Positions 41,302-50,914 of a stretch of DNA of 64,000 bases are shown piece by piece. The notes beneath the pieces were generated by a model that saw only the letters and a list, made by a program, of their open reading frames with translations, ran no database searches and was not told the origin of the DNA. The stretch lies in the NCBI GenBank assembly GCA_034670305.1, contig JAXMNT010000037.1, positions 14,308 through 78,307 on the forward strand. Reading direction: 5' to 3'. The stretch comes from Deltaproteobacteria bacterium (lineage in GTDB: Bacteria > Myxococcota_A > Polyangia > Polyangiales > Houyiibacteriaceae). The stretch's first letter is position 1; every line of letters begins with the position of its first letter. The position numbers were made by a program, and so were the translations under genes.

Positions 41302-42382
41302 TTTCGGCCGCGCGCATCTGAGCGGCGACGCTCTCGTCGCTGGGTGGGGGCCGACGGAGCGTGGCGATGCGTGTGGGACCACCGACGGACGTGGCCCACG
41401 CGCGCAGGCTGTGGATTCCGTCGGCCTGACTGCGCACCGCTTCGTACCCGAGGACCTCGGTCGCGCGGCGGCCGTCGAGCGATGCGCTCATGCAGCGCAT
41501 CGCCACCTCGGCGGGCAGACACTTCCTGCGTCCAACCCCGAGCAGCATCGAGACCTGCGCGCGCAGCGGGACCCGGGACGTGCGCGGCGGAGGAAGCTCG
41601 AGCGCTTCGCTGAGGTCTCCGTAGAAGTCGCGGGCGAGCGAGATCTCGCGGTCGAGCACGTGCAGGATCGAGCCGCCGGCGTCGGCTGCCGTGGTCGCGA
41701 GTCCCACGGCGTGGACGAGGTTGTCGATGTGGGTGGTGGCGATCAGGTTCGTGCCTGGACCGAAGAGATCGATCCCGCCCTCCAGCGCTTCGGCGCAGAG
41801 CTCCGGCAGCCGCGAACGGTCGTCCGGACCCCAGAGGAAGCCGGGGCGGAGCGCCACCACGTCCAGGTGTCCGCGCCCGTGTTCCCCGCCGCTGCCGATG
41901 GCCACTTCTTCGGCTGCCAGCATCGTCCGCGCGTGTGCGCCGATCGGTGGTTTGCTCATCACGCGGTCTTCGCTCCACCCGCTCCGGCTCTGCCGAGTGA
42001 GGGTGACGTCGGCGCAGCTGAGATGGACGACGCGCGGGATCGCGAGATGTTTCGCGGCGCGGATCACGTTCTCGGTGCCGGCGACGTTGATCCATCCGAG
42101 CGCGGTGGGGCTCGCGCGCAGGCTCGACGCGCCCGCCGCGTGCACGACCACGTCACATCCCTGCGCGGCTGCGGCGATCGACTTCGGATCGCCGACGTCG
42201 CCCTCTCGGAGCGTCGCACCGGAGGTCAGGAGCCGACCGGCGCTCGTGTGCGGGTCGGGATCCAGGTCTTGCAGAGCGTTGAGGTCGCGCACCAGCCCCA
42301 CGATCTCGTCGCCGCGATCGCACAGGGCCCGAACGACGCAACTGCCAGCGAACCCGGTCGCACCGGTCACGAGAATCTTCAC
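41261..42382 (-). CDS. NAD-dependent epimerase / 3-beta-hydroxysteroid dehydrogenase-like protein, apparently lacking YxxxK
   Basis: VTGATGFAG, VVHAAG, NVAGTENV, LRPGFLWGPDD, HIDNL; HARTM occupies the YxxxK position. Confidence 0.8.
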   Translation of the reverse strand: MKILVTGATGFAGSCVVRALCDRGDEIVGLVRDLNALQDLDPDPHTSAGRLLTSGATLREGDVGDPKSIAAAAQGCDVVVHAAGASSLRASPTALGWINVAGTENVIRAAKHLAIPRVVHLSCADVTLTRQSRSGWSEDRVMSKPPIGAHARTMLAAEEVAIGSGGEHGRGHLDVVALRPGFLWGPDDRSRLPELCAEALEGGIDLFGPGTNLIATTHIDNLVHAVGLATTAADAGGSILHVLDREISLARDFYGDLSEALELPPPRTSRVPLRAQVSMLLGVGRRKCLPAEVAMRCMSASLDGRRATEVLGYEAVRSQADGIHSLRAWATSVGGPTRIATLRRPPPSDESVAAQMRAAENAGGNATAAHEDG

Positions 42383-42519
42383 GGCCGGAGTGTACGCCGG
42401 AGCACGCCGGGTGGCCGGTGCGGAGTGTTGCGGCATCGAAGCGTGCTTCGGCGCGGTGCGTGGAACGCCGGCCGGACATGTCCCGTGCTCGCCCGGGTCC
42501 CGCGCGATAGGCTCTCTGG

Positions 42520-44421
42520 GTGCGTCTCGGCCGCCACCTTCTCCTCGGGTTCCTTGTGGGCTTGGCGGCGTGCGGAGGCGACCCCACCTGCGTTGACGAA
42601 GACTTCGATGGGTTCGGGGAGCACTGCGTCTTGGGCCCGGACTGCGACGACCAGAACGCTGGCCGGACCGACGATTGCGACATCGTGCCTCCGCCGGACT
42701 GCGATGCAGACCCGTTCTCGGTGGGCTGCCCCTGCCTCGGAGGGCTCGCGGGCTGCTACGGTGCGGACCGCGCCACGCTCGCGTTCGGCACCTGCCGAGA
42801 AGGCACCACGGCCTGCCGCGGCGGCCGCTGGGGCGTCTGCGAAGGACTGGTGCGGCCGACCTTCGAGACTTGCGAAGGCACGGACCAGGACTGCGACGGA
42901 CGCGTGGACGAGGGGGTGCGCAGCCCCTGCGGTGGGTGCACGCCTGGCTGCATCGGCGGGGTTTGGGGCGAAGGCGAAGCGCCGTTCGAAGCGATCGGCG
43001 ACCTGGCGCTGACAGAGCGCGGCTGGTTGACCTTGCGGCGCGAGGAACGCACGACGGGCGAGGTCTGGGTGGCGAACACGGCGGAGTCGACCTTGAGCCG
43101 GATCGACGCGGCCGCTGCGGAAGAGGTCGGGCGCTACTTCACCGGGGGCGCCGAGCCGAGCCGGGTGGCGGTGGATTTTCTCGGCGATGTTTGGGTCGCG
43201 AACCGAGAGTTCGACGGGGTCAGTCGAATCCGAAAGATCGCGTCGGACCCGTCTCGCTGCATCGACCGGGACGCGTCGCTTTCGATCGAGACCTCGGACT
43301 CGCCGGTCCCGTTGCTCGACGACGAGTGTGTGCTCTTGACCGAAGTGGTCGGAGAGGTGGGGGACATCGCGCGTGCCCTCGCGGTCGATGGCGCCCTCGG
43401 ACCCGATGGGGGCGGCGGGGGAGACCTCTGGGTGGGGCTCCACGATGGCGAACGGATTCTTCATGTGGACGGACGGACCGGGCAGGTGCTGGACACCATC
43501 GAGACGCCAGGGTTCCAGCCCTATGCGGCGGTGTTCGATGCGTGGGGCACCCTCTGGATGATCAGCCGCGACGGGCTGCTCCTCTCCCTCGATCGGTTCG
43601 AACGGCCGTTCGTGCCGGTGGTGCGCGAAGTGCCGCTCGCCTGTTTCCTGCTCTACGGACTCGATGTGGATGCCGAGGGCCGGGTCGTGACGAGTGGCTT
43701 CTCCTGCGATCGCGTCAACCTCTACGACCCAGTCGAAGATCGATGGCTCACGCGGACCTCGCCCCCGAGTCCGCGGGGGGTGGTCGTCGTGAACGGCGAC
43801 GGTGGCTCGTCCGCGTGGGTGGCCCACACCGATGGGCGGATCTCTCGCGTGCTGCTCGACCCGTTCGCCAGCATCGAGACCTTCGACCTGACGGCACTCG
43901 ACGAGGTGCCGACCGAGTCGATCGGCGTGGCGGAGGCGCTTGGGGACATCTGGGTGGTCAGCAGCCGAGGGGCCGACCCCGCGTTCGGCGTCGCCACGCG
44001 GGTCGACGGACAGACTGGCGAGGTGAGCGCGCAGGTGCCGCTTGGCGCCTCCCCCCACTCCCAGGGCGACATGAGTGGCGCCAAACGAGAGGCGGCATTC
44101 GTTCCCGAGGCCACCACTCAGCACGTCTTCGATGGATGCGCCGATGGCGAGACGACGTGGGTCCAGCTTCACGTGGAAGCCGACGTGAGCCCCGGCGCGG
44201 CCGTCGAGGTCGCGGCCCGGCACGCGGCCGACCGAAGCGCACTCACCGCCCAGCCGTTCGTCGCTGTGGGGCAGCTGCGCGACGACCGCTCCCCGTTCCC
44301 ACTCGACTTCCCACCGCGGGGCGTGGTCGAGGTGCAACTCACCCTACGGACCGAAGCGCGGGATGGCGCGCCGCGGGTCCGTCGGGTGGGTCTCGAGTGG
44401 TCCTGTCCCGGCCCGGATTGA
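42520..44421 (+). CDS. Lipoprotein with Cys-rich metal-binding-like repeats and a beta-propeller
   Basis: LAA-C lipobox; DEDFDGFG..DCDD, ETCEG.DQDCDG.VDEG, VWVANT..TLSRID, PSRVAVD..GDVWVANR, GDMSG. Confidence 0.8.
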   Translation: MRLGRHLLLGFLVGLAACGGDPTCVDEDFDGFGEHCVLGPDCDDQNAGRTDDCDIVPPPDCDADPFSVGCPCLGGLAGCYGADRATLAFGTCREGTTACRGGRWGVCEGLVRPTFETCEGTDQDCDGRVDEGVRSPCGGCTPGCIGGVWGEGEAPFEAIGDLALTERGWLTLRREERTTGEVWVANTAESTLSRIDAAAAEEVGRYFTGGAEPSRVAVDFLGDVWVANREFDGVSRIRKIASDPSRCIDRDASLSIETSDSPVPLLDDECVLLTEVVGEVGDIARALAVDGALGPDGGGGGDLWVGLHDGERILHVDGRTGQVLDTIETPGFQPYAAVFDAWGTLWMISRDGLLLSLDRFERPFVPVVREVPLACFLLYGLDVDAEGRVVTSGFSCDRVNLYDPVEDRWLTRTSPPSPRGVVVVNGDGGSSAWVAHTDGRISRVLLDPFASIETFDLTALDEVPTESIGVAEALGDIWVVSSRGADPAFGVATRVDGQTGEVSAQVPLGASPHSQGDMSGAKREAAFVPEATTQHVFDGCADGETTWVQLHVEADVSPGAAVEVAARHAADRSALTAQPFVAVGQLRDDRSPFPLDFPPRGVVEVQLTLRTEARDGAPRVRRVGLEWSCPGPD

Positions 44422-44422
44422 A

Positions 44423-45520
44423 CTAGGCGGCCTTCTTCTTGGCCTTCGCGGCGCCGGGCTCGGGTTTCTTCGCGCCGGGTTCCTTCGCGCTGGGTTCCTT
44501 CTTCTCCGCGGCCACCTCGGCCTGGGTCGGTGTCGGCGTCGCGTCGGGGAAGAGTTTCTTCCACAGGGTCGCCCGCATCTTGTCGTCGGCGAGCACCGCG
44601 GCCCGCGCCTTCTCTCGTCCTTGGCCCAGCGACACGTCTCCGAACTTGAAGTACGAGCCGTTCTTCTCGATGAGGTCCGCCGCGATCGCGCGGTCCAGCA
44701 AGTCCCCGACCGCATCGATGCCCTCGCCGTAGCGAATGTCGAACTCGGCTTTCTGGAACGGCGGCGCCAGCTTGTTCTTCACGACCTTCACTCGGGTCTT
44801 GTTGCCGAGCACTTCTTCGCCGTGTTTGAGCGCACCGATGCGGCGCACGTCGATGCGCACCGACGCGTAGTACTTGAGTGCGTTGCCGCCGGTGGTCGTC
44901 TCCGGCGATCCGAACATCACGCCGATCTTCATCCGGAGCTGGTTGATGAACATCAGCGTCGTGCCGGTCCGGTGCGTGATGCCGGTCAGCTTGCGCAAAG
45001 CCTGGCTCATCAGCCGCGCTTGCAACCCGACGTGGGTGTCGCCCATCTCGCCTTCGATCTCGGCGCGCGGCACGAGCGCCGCCACCGAGTCCACGACCAC
45101 CAGATCCACCGCGCCCGACCGCACCAGCGTCTCGGTGATCTCGAGCGCTTGTTCGCCGGTGTCCGGCTGGCTGACCAGGAGCGACTGAGGGTCCACCCCC
45201 AGTGCCTGCGCGTACTGCACATCGAGCGCGTGTTCGGCGTCGACGAACGCGGCCACACCGCCCGCGTGCTGGCACTCCGCGATCGCGTGCAGCGTCAGCG
45301 TCGTCTTCCCACTCGCTTCGGGTCCGTAGATCTCGACGACCCGCCCCCGCGGGTAGCCGCGGATCCCGAGCGCGAGGTCGAGCGAGGGCGATCCGGTCGG
45401 GATCGCCTCCACGTCGGCGACGCTCCGCCGGTCCCCGAGTTTCATGATGCTGCCCTTGCCGAACTGCTTCTCGATCGCACGCATCGCGTCGTCGATCGCT
45501 TTCACCTTCTGTTTCAACAT
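44423..45520 (-). CDS. recA: Recombinase A
   Basis: [57 protein letters not shown]. Confidence 0.98.
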   Translation of the reverse strand: MLKQKVKAIDDAMRAIEKQFGKGSIMKLGDRRSVADVEAIPTGSPSLDLALGIRGYPRGRVVEIYGPEASGKTTLTLHAIAECQHAGGVAAFVDAEHALDVQYAQALGVDPQSLLVSQPDTGEQALEITETLVRSGAVDLVVVDSVAALVPRAEIEGEMGDTHVGLQARLMSQALRKLTGITHRTGTTLMFINQLRMKIGVMFGSPETTTGGNALKYYASVRIDVRRIGALKHGEEVLGNKTRVKVVKNKLAPPFQKAEFDIRYGEGIDAVGDLLDRAIAADLIEKNGSYFKFGDVSLGQGREKARAAVLADDKMRATLWKKLFPDATPTPTQAEVAAEKKEPSAKEPGAKKPEPGAAKAKKKAA

Positions 45521-45661
45521 GCTGGTCCTCCTGCCGCGGACTGCGCGGCGGATGGACGCAGTTCACGAGGCATGCCGGCGCCGGAGGACGGAGTTCCGGG
45601 GACTTGGCGCCGGTCGGGTGGCGGGATGGCGGACGCGCACTGGCGGTCCGACGCCGAACCT

Positions 45662-47221
45662 CTACGTCAGGAACTCGAAACGTTTCTCGTTCGCTGCGAC
45701 CAGCGCGCCCATCAAGTAGCCGACCACGCCGTGCACGTACGCAAGTCCCGCGAACAGCACGAAACCGAGTCCGCCCATGGTGAAGATGGCGCCGAGCACC
45801 GATCCACCGTCGCTCACGGCCATGGAAACCGCGGCCAGCGCGGCGGTGGCCGCCATGGCCAGGGAGAGCCCAGTCAGACCGGCGAAGCTGATGAGCGCAA
45901 CCACCAGGTAGCCGACCGGCGCTGCGGCGATGCCGCGCACGATCGAGAGCACATCGAAGACGCCGCCGACCCGCCCACTGATCCCGCGGACGGTGAGCGC
46001 CATCGGCCAATAGAGGTAGGGAATGGCCAGCGAGGCAAACACGAGCGGCGGGGCCACGCCACGGGTCGCAAGCCAGTAGGGCATGCCGAACACGAGGACC
46101 GCGACGATGAGACTCAATGCGCCCGACGCCATCAAGTCCACCGGGTGGGGCACCCGCAGCTCCGACACGTCCACGTCGCCGTCTCCGTCGTCGGTCAGCG
46201 CCGCCTGGGCGACCTGGCCGAACACGCTCGCCAGCATGCCGACGGCGGCGGTCGTGAGCCCGAGTCCCATCATGAGTCGAAGAAGGAACCCCGGAAGCAA
46301 CAAGACGGTCAGCCCAACGGCGCCGGTGGCTCCCGTGGCGGCCAAGAGCAACCATCCGCGGCCCATGAAGGGCGCGACGAACGACACCGGGATCCGCCCC
46401 CAGAACGAGGGCGGGTCGTGCTCCGCAGAAACCGTGTCCGGCACCCCGATGGGTGCGGCTGCGGAGGGTCGAACGCTCCCCGGTCGAACGCTCGCCGGTC
46501 GGACACTTTCGGGCGCAGCGCTGGCGGGCCGGGCGCTGGTCGCGGGGCGGGCGGCGGTGAGGTCTTCGAGGCGGACCTTCGCACCCATCTCTCGGCAGCG
46601 GTCGGCGACCCCGGCGCATCCTTGCGCGTCGCCCTCCCAAACGACCGTCGGGGCGGCGGACACAAACGCGATCGCTTCCCTCAATCCGATCCCCAGCAAG
46701 GGCGCCAGCGTCTCCGCGTCGGCGACCGGGTCGCGGAACGCCAACACCCAGACGCGGTGCGTGACGCGAGGCGGCTCAGCGGGCTGACCGGGCAGGGGCG
46801 GCAACCCCCCACTGTCCGCGGTCACGACGCTTCCGGTGGGATGGGGACCCGCGTGCGGCTGGGGCGAAGGCATCGGCGCCGGGTCGGTGGCGAGGTCCAG
46901 TCCGGGAAGGTCGTCGAAGCCGCGGTCGTCGAAGCCGTCGAACGCACCCACCCCGAAGTCGGGCGACGGCGCGGCGGGCGGAGGGGCCTCTGCCGTCTCC
47001 GGGATGTCCAGCGACAGCCCTTCGATGTCCGCGGCGAGCAGTCCGGCTTCGGCGGGGATCGGCGAGTGGCTCGGCGGATGGCCCGGCGGCTGGCTGCGCG
47101 GGGCGGGTGCGCCAGGCGGCACCGAGACTGGATCGGTCGCGAGCTCGAGCGGCGGGAATGCGTCTCCATCCGGCAGCTCGAATAGGCCGTCGTCGTTGGC
47201 CTTCCACGCGTCGTCGTCCAC
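45662..47221 (-). CDS. Hypothetical membrane protein: Pro/Asp-rich N-terminus, L7/L12-CTD-like segment, ~6 TM helices
   Basis: GIGLREA..FV..AP.VV...GAKV motif; hydrophobic C-terminal half. GTG start inferred. Confidence 0.6.
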   Translation of the reverse strand: MDDDAWKANDDGLFELPDGDAFPPLELATDPVSVPPGAPAPRSQPPGHPPSHSPIPAEAGLLAADIEGLSLDIPETAEAPPPAAPSPDFGVGAFDGFDDRGFDDLPGLDLATDPAPMPSPQPHAGPHPTGSVVTADSGGLPPLPGQPAEPPRVTHRVWVLAFRDPVADAETLAPLLGIGLREAIAFVSAAPTVVWEGDAQGCAGVADRCREMGAKVRLEDLTAARPATSARPASAAPESVRPASVRPGSVRPSAAAPIGVPDTVSAEHDPPSFWGRIPVSFVAPFMGRGWLLLAATGATGAVGLTVLLLPGFLLRLMMGLGLTTAAVGMLASVFGQVAQAALTDDGDGDVDVSELRVPHPVDLMASGALSLIVAVLVFGMPYWLATRGVAPPLVFASLAIPYLYWPMALTVRGISGRVGGVFDVLSIVRGIAAAPVGYLVVALISFAGLTGLSLAMAATAALAAVSMAVSDGGSVLGAIFTMGGLGFVLFAGLAYVHGVVGYLMGALVAANEKRFEFLT

Positions 47222-47284
47222 GCCGCACGATGCCACGCGTGCCCTGGTGCCGCTACGGGCCTGGCTCGCTTCGCCCCACTGGCG

Positions 47285-47396
47285 GCCAGCACTGCGACTC
47301 CCGAAGCCAGCACTGCGGTTCCCACGGACAGCACGGCGACTCCCGAAGCCAGCACTGCGTTTCCCGGAGCCAGCACAGCGACTCCCGAGGCCAACA
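47285..47396. repeat. Five tandem 21-bp units (GCCAGCACTGCG..TCCC...)
   Basis: Units start at 47285, 47306, 47327, 47348 and 47369, with two alternating subtypes. Confidence 0.9.
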
Positions 47397-47456
47397 ACCG
47401 CGCGCGGGACGACCAGCAGCACTGGAGGGAAGGGCAGCCGGCGGATACCGTGTCGT

Positions 47457-47669
47457 GTGCGCATCCATCCCTCGTTTCCGATCAGTCTTCTCCTGTCCTT
47501 CGCACTGCTCGGCGGTCAGCCGACGCGCACCGAGGCCTGCGCCTCGATCGGGCGGCGCGGGCCCGTCACGATCAGCGGGGAACAAGCGCTCATCGTCTGG
47601 GACGAGGCGCGGCAGACCGAGCACTTCGTGAGAACGGCTTCCTTCGAGGTTCTCAATCCGTGGAGGTAG
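47457..47669 (+). pseudogene. Truncated DUF2330-like gene (N-terminal 70 codons only)
   Basis: Signal peptide, EA|C, then EQALIVWD...EHFVR...F as at the start of DUF2330 proteins; stops abruptly against the convergent gene. Confidence 0.55.
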
Positions 47670-47673
47670 ACGA

Positions 47674-49755
47674 CTACTCGCGGGTCGCGGCCCAGAACTG
47701 GTCGACGGGTCCGACGCGGTCGAGCAAGCCCGAGTAAGACGGCGAGACGTCGACCAGCACGAACCCGACTCCGCGCTCGCGGCCGAGGCGGGTCTTGATC
47801 TCTTTGAGTTCGAAGAAGCTGGTCTTGCCGGCCGGCACCAAGACGAGGACCCGGTCGGCCAGTCGGGCGGCACGGCGGAGCGCCGGACCCTTGCCCGCGC
47901 CTTCCCACGCCTCCACCGTCATCTGCATCGGAGGCTGCACGTCGAGGTGGTGGCCACCGGCGACCATCGGCATGATCGCATGCGGCATGGCGGGCATCAC
48001 GGCGGTCGGGCCGCCGCCCATCTCGTCGCCCGAGGGCAAGGCCAACATCGCTTCGTCGAACGGTGAGCCACCGACGAGGGTGGTGTCGTACCAATCGCTG
48101 CTGAGCCGCTGCGCGAACTGCTGGGCGAGCTCGCTGAAGTCCGGCTTCACCGGCACGATCAACATCTGACCCATCGCGTCCGGCACGAAGTCATCCAGGT
48201 CCGCCACCAGGTCGTCGATCGCTTCGGGGTCGCGCGGCCAAATGCTCGTCCCGATCACCGGGCCCTTGCCCCAGAACGCGGTCTCGTTGGCGGTCTGCAC
48301 CCGCAGGCCCTTGAGCTCGAGGAACATCAGGACGAGCAACGTCAAGAACACCGCGGCCATCGGGAGACCCGCCGCGACGATGTACTTCTTCTTGCTGGCC
48401 TGCGCGTAGTCGGGTGGGACCGCTTCGCTCATGATCGCGAAGCCGTGCCGCGGATCGCGCAGCGCATCTTCCATGCGCGCCTTCTGGGTTTGCAGCTCCG
48501 TGACGAGCGATTCGTTCACCCGAACTTCGGCCAACATGCCGGTCGCTTCGCCTTCGATCGACGAGAACTGCTCCACCCGCTCGCGGGCCTCGCGCGCGAG
48601 CCGGGTCAGTCCTTCGAGCCGCTGCCGCCCCGCCTGCAAATCCGCCTGCGCTTCGCTCAGGGAGGCCTGAAGGCTGGCGTACAGGGTGTTGGTCCCGGTC
48701 GTCGCGGTGCGCACCCGCTTGGCGCCACCGCCCGAGATCGCCGCTTGCAGCGTGGCGACCTGAGTCTGCAGCGCCTGTACCCGCGGGTGATCGTCGGAGA
48801 GCGACCCGCGCAGCTGGGTCAGCTCCGCCGTCAGCCGCCGCAGTTCGGTCTCTTCCGCGCTCGCGCCACTCGACGCGCTCTGGGTGGTCGTGCGCGGGGT
48901 TCGGCGAAGTTCGCGTTGAAGCTGTTCGCTGCGCGCTTCGAGTGCGGCCAACTCGGACTCGGTCCGATCGCGCGTCGCGCGGAGTTCCGCGGCTTCTTCG
49001 ATCGCTGCTTCCTGTTCGGTGGTCAGGTCGGCGACCCCGTGCCGCTCGCGGAACGCGTCGTACTGCGTCCGGGCGGCGGCCAGCGCGGTCTCGCTCGCGC
49101 TGATCCGTTCCTGGAGCGTCCGGATGGCCTCTTCGATCCGCTGACGTTGGAGGGTCTGCTGGTGATCCAGAAACACGCTGGTCACGGTGTTCGCGAACTG
49201 AGCCGCGCCATCGGCGGTCTTCGACTTGGTGGTGATGCGCACCACCTGGGCGGAGTCCGCGTCGGCCGTGATGAGTGCGCCGACCACGTACGTCGGCATG
49301 TCGAGGTCGAGTTCGGTCCGCACCCGCTGCAGCACTTCGTCGATGTAGATCGACTGGATCATGCCGCCTACGTCTTGCGTCTCGTCGGCGGGACCGCTGG
49401 CGAGCCCTTCGATCGGCGGCCGGCCTTCGTAGCGCAGCATCGCGGTCGCTTCGAAATCTGGCCTCAGGGCGAACTTCGCCAGCGGCAATCCGATCGCGGC
49501 CCCGAGCAGGAAGGCGCCCACGAGCCACCAACGGCCGCGCTTGAATCGCCGCAACAAGCGGGATGGATCGACGGGCGACCCATACTTTTGTTCGTCGTCC
49601 TCTTCGCTTGGCGCATAGGGACCCGAACCGCCTCCCGGCGGGTCACCCGATCCTAGCTGGCGAGGTCCGTCCAAATCGTGATCCTGAGGGCCCCGTCCCC
49701 CGCGCAGTGGAGGGAGAACCGAGCGCCGAAGATGTAGCCCTGGGGAAGAGGGCAT
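47674..49755 (-). CDS. Wzc/GumC-family polysaccharide co-polymerase
   Basis: Two TM helices flanking a long coiled coil, DDHPRVQAL motif, degenerate cytoplasmic domain (ADRVLVLV.AG). Confidence 0.82.
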   Translation of the reverse strand: MPSSPGLHLRRSVLPPLRGGRGPQDHDLDGPRQLGSGDPPGGGSGPYAPSEEDDEQKYGSPVDPSRLLRRFKRGRWWLVGAFLLGAAIGLPLAKFALRPDFEATAMLRYEGRPPIEGLASGPADETQDVGGMIQSIYIDEVLQRVRTELDLDMPTYVVGALITADADSAQVVRITTKSKTADGAAQFANTVTSVFLDHQQTLQRQRIEEAIRTLQERISASETALAAARTQYDAFRERHGVADLTTEQEAAIEEAAELRATRDRTESELAALEARSEQLQRELRRTPRTTTQSASSGASAEETELRRLTAELTQLRGSLSDDHPRVQALQTQVATLQAAISGGGAKRVRTATTGTNTLYASLQASLSEAQADLQAGRQRLEGLTRLAREARERVEQFSSIEGEATGMLAEVRVNESLVTELQTQKARMEDALRDPRHGFAIMSEAVPPDYAQASKKKYIVAAGLPMAAVFLTLLVLMFLELKGLRVQTANETAFWGKGPVIGTSIWPRDPEAIDDLVADLDDFVPDAMGQMLIVPVKPDFSELAQQFAQRLSSDWYDTTLVGGSPFDEAMLALPSGDEMGGGPTAVMPAMPHAIMPMVAGGHHLDVQPPMQMTVEAWEGAGKGPALRRAARLADRVLVLVPAGKTSFFELKEIKTRLGRERGVGFVLVDVSPSYSGLLDRVGPVDQFWAATRE

Positions 49756-49765
49756 GCAACGTGTG

Positions 49766-50791
49766 TCACTCGGGTGATACGTCTTTGTATTCGATGAGTT
49801 CGGACTTCTTCCGCCGAACGAATGTGTTCCACGTGTACTGCAAGACTCCCCGCATTTCAGCAATTTTGCCGACCGCCACGCCCGTGGCGTAGAGGGCGGC
49901 GTCCTCGGCCGAATCCCGAGAGGCGCGGTAGCGGTAGATCTTCGACCACAACAGCCCGAACCCAGCCGCGCCGGCGACCAGGCTGGTGCCCAAGGTCAGC
50001 GGTGCGAACACGAGCGAGAAGGTCGGCACGGCCCCACCCCAGAACACGATCGAGCGGAGCTCTTTGACGCGGTAGCGCTCGTCGGTGGCCCCGTGCATGT
50101 GGGCCGATTCCGCATAGGCATGGCCCGCGCGGACCGCGCGTTTCCACCATTGTCCGAACCGGTGAATGTCCGCGTCGTGGAGCGTCATCTCTTCGTCGAG
50201 ACGGACCACCCGGTGTCCCGCTTTTCGGACCCGTAGACACATCTCGGGATCTTCGCCCGCAATCATGCCCGGGTCGTATCCCCCGATCGCGTCGAAGATC
50301 GCGGTCCGGATGAGCGCGTCGCCCCCGACTTCGATCGCGTCGCCGATCGGTGTGTCCCACTCCATGTCGGCGAGACGGTTGTAGGGGGAAGCCTCCGGGT
50401 ACCGTTCGCGGCGGCGTCCCGCGACCATGCCCACGTCGGGGTGGGCGTCCAAGAAGTCGGACGCGGCTTGAAGCCAACCGGACTGGAGTTCGCAGTCTCC
50501 GTCGACGAACTGGACGTACTGGAGTTCTGGCGCGAGCGTCCGGAGCCGCTCGTACCCTGCGTTGCGGGCGCGGGCGGCGGTGAACGGAATGCTGGTGTCG
50601 AGGTTCACCACCTCGGCGCCGAGATCCTGCGCCGCGTCGACGCTTCCGTCGGTGGAGCCGCTGTCGACGTACACGACATGACACACCTGTTCGGATCCGA
50701 GCAACGAGCGCAGGCAACGCAGGAGCCGTTCGCCCTCGTTCCGGCCGATCGCCACCACACCCACCGAACCGACCTCGCCCGCAGCACCCAT
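49766..50791 (-). CDS. Glycosyltransferase family 2
   Basis: IGRNEGERL, YVDSGSTDGS, FTAARARNAG, FVDGD, AGEDPE, WW.RA.RAG. Confidence 0.92.
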   Translation of the reverse strand: MGAAGEVGSVGVVAIGRNEGERLLRCLRSLLGSEQVCHVVYVDSGSTDGSVDAAQDLGAEVVNLDTSIPFTAARARNAGYERLRTLAPELQYVQFVDGDCELQSGWLQAASDFLDAHPDVGMVAGRRRERYPEASPYNRLADMEWDTPIGDAIEVGGDALIRTAIFDAIGGYDPGMIAGEDPEMCLRVRKAGHRVVRLDEEMTLHDADIHRFGQWWKRAVRAGHAYAESAHMHGATDERYRVKELRSIVFWGGAVPTFSLVFAPLTLGTSLVAGAAGFGLLWSKIYRYRASRDSAEDAALYATGVAVGKIAEMRGVLQYTWNTFVRRKKSELIEYKDVSPE

Positions 50792-50914
50792 GGGTCGAAT
50801 CTGAGAGCCACGGCGCGGTGGGTCAACTCGTCTTCCGCTGGGTGTCGGCAGGGTTGAGACCGCCCGCGTTTCTCCAGGAAGATGTCTCCCGGATTTCGTG
50901 CTAGCTACCGCGGC

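Noticed and set aside
45550-45570. LexA box upstream of recA (TGGAC-GCA-GTTCA)
   Set aside because: Only a partial palindrome, and the spacing does not fit the myxobacterial consensus as I recall it; too weak to call.
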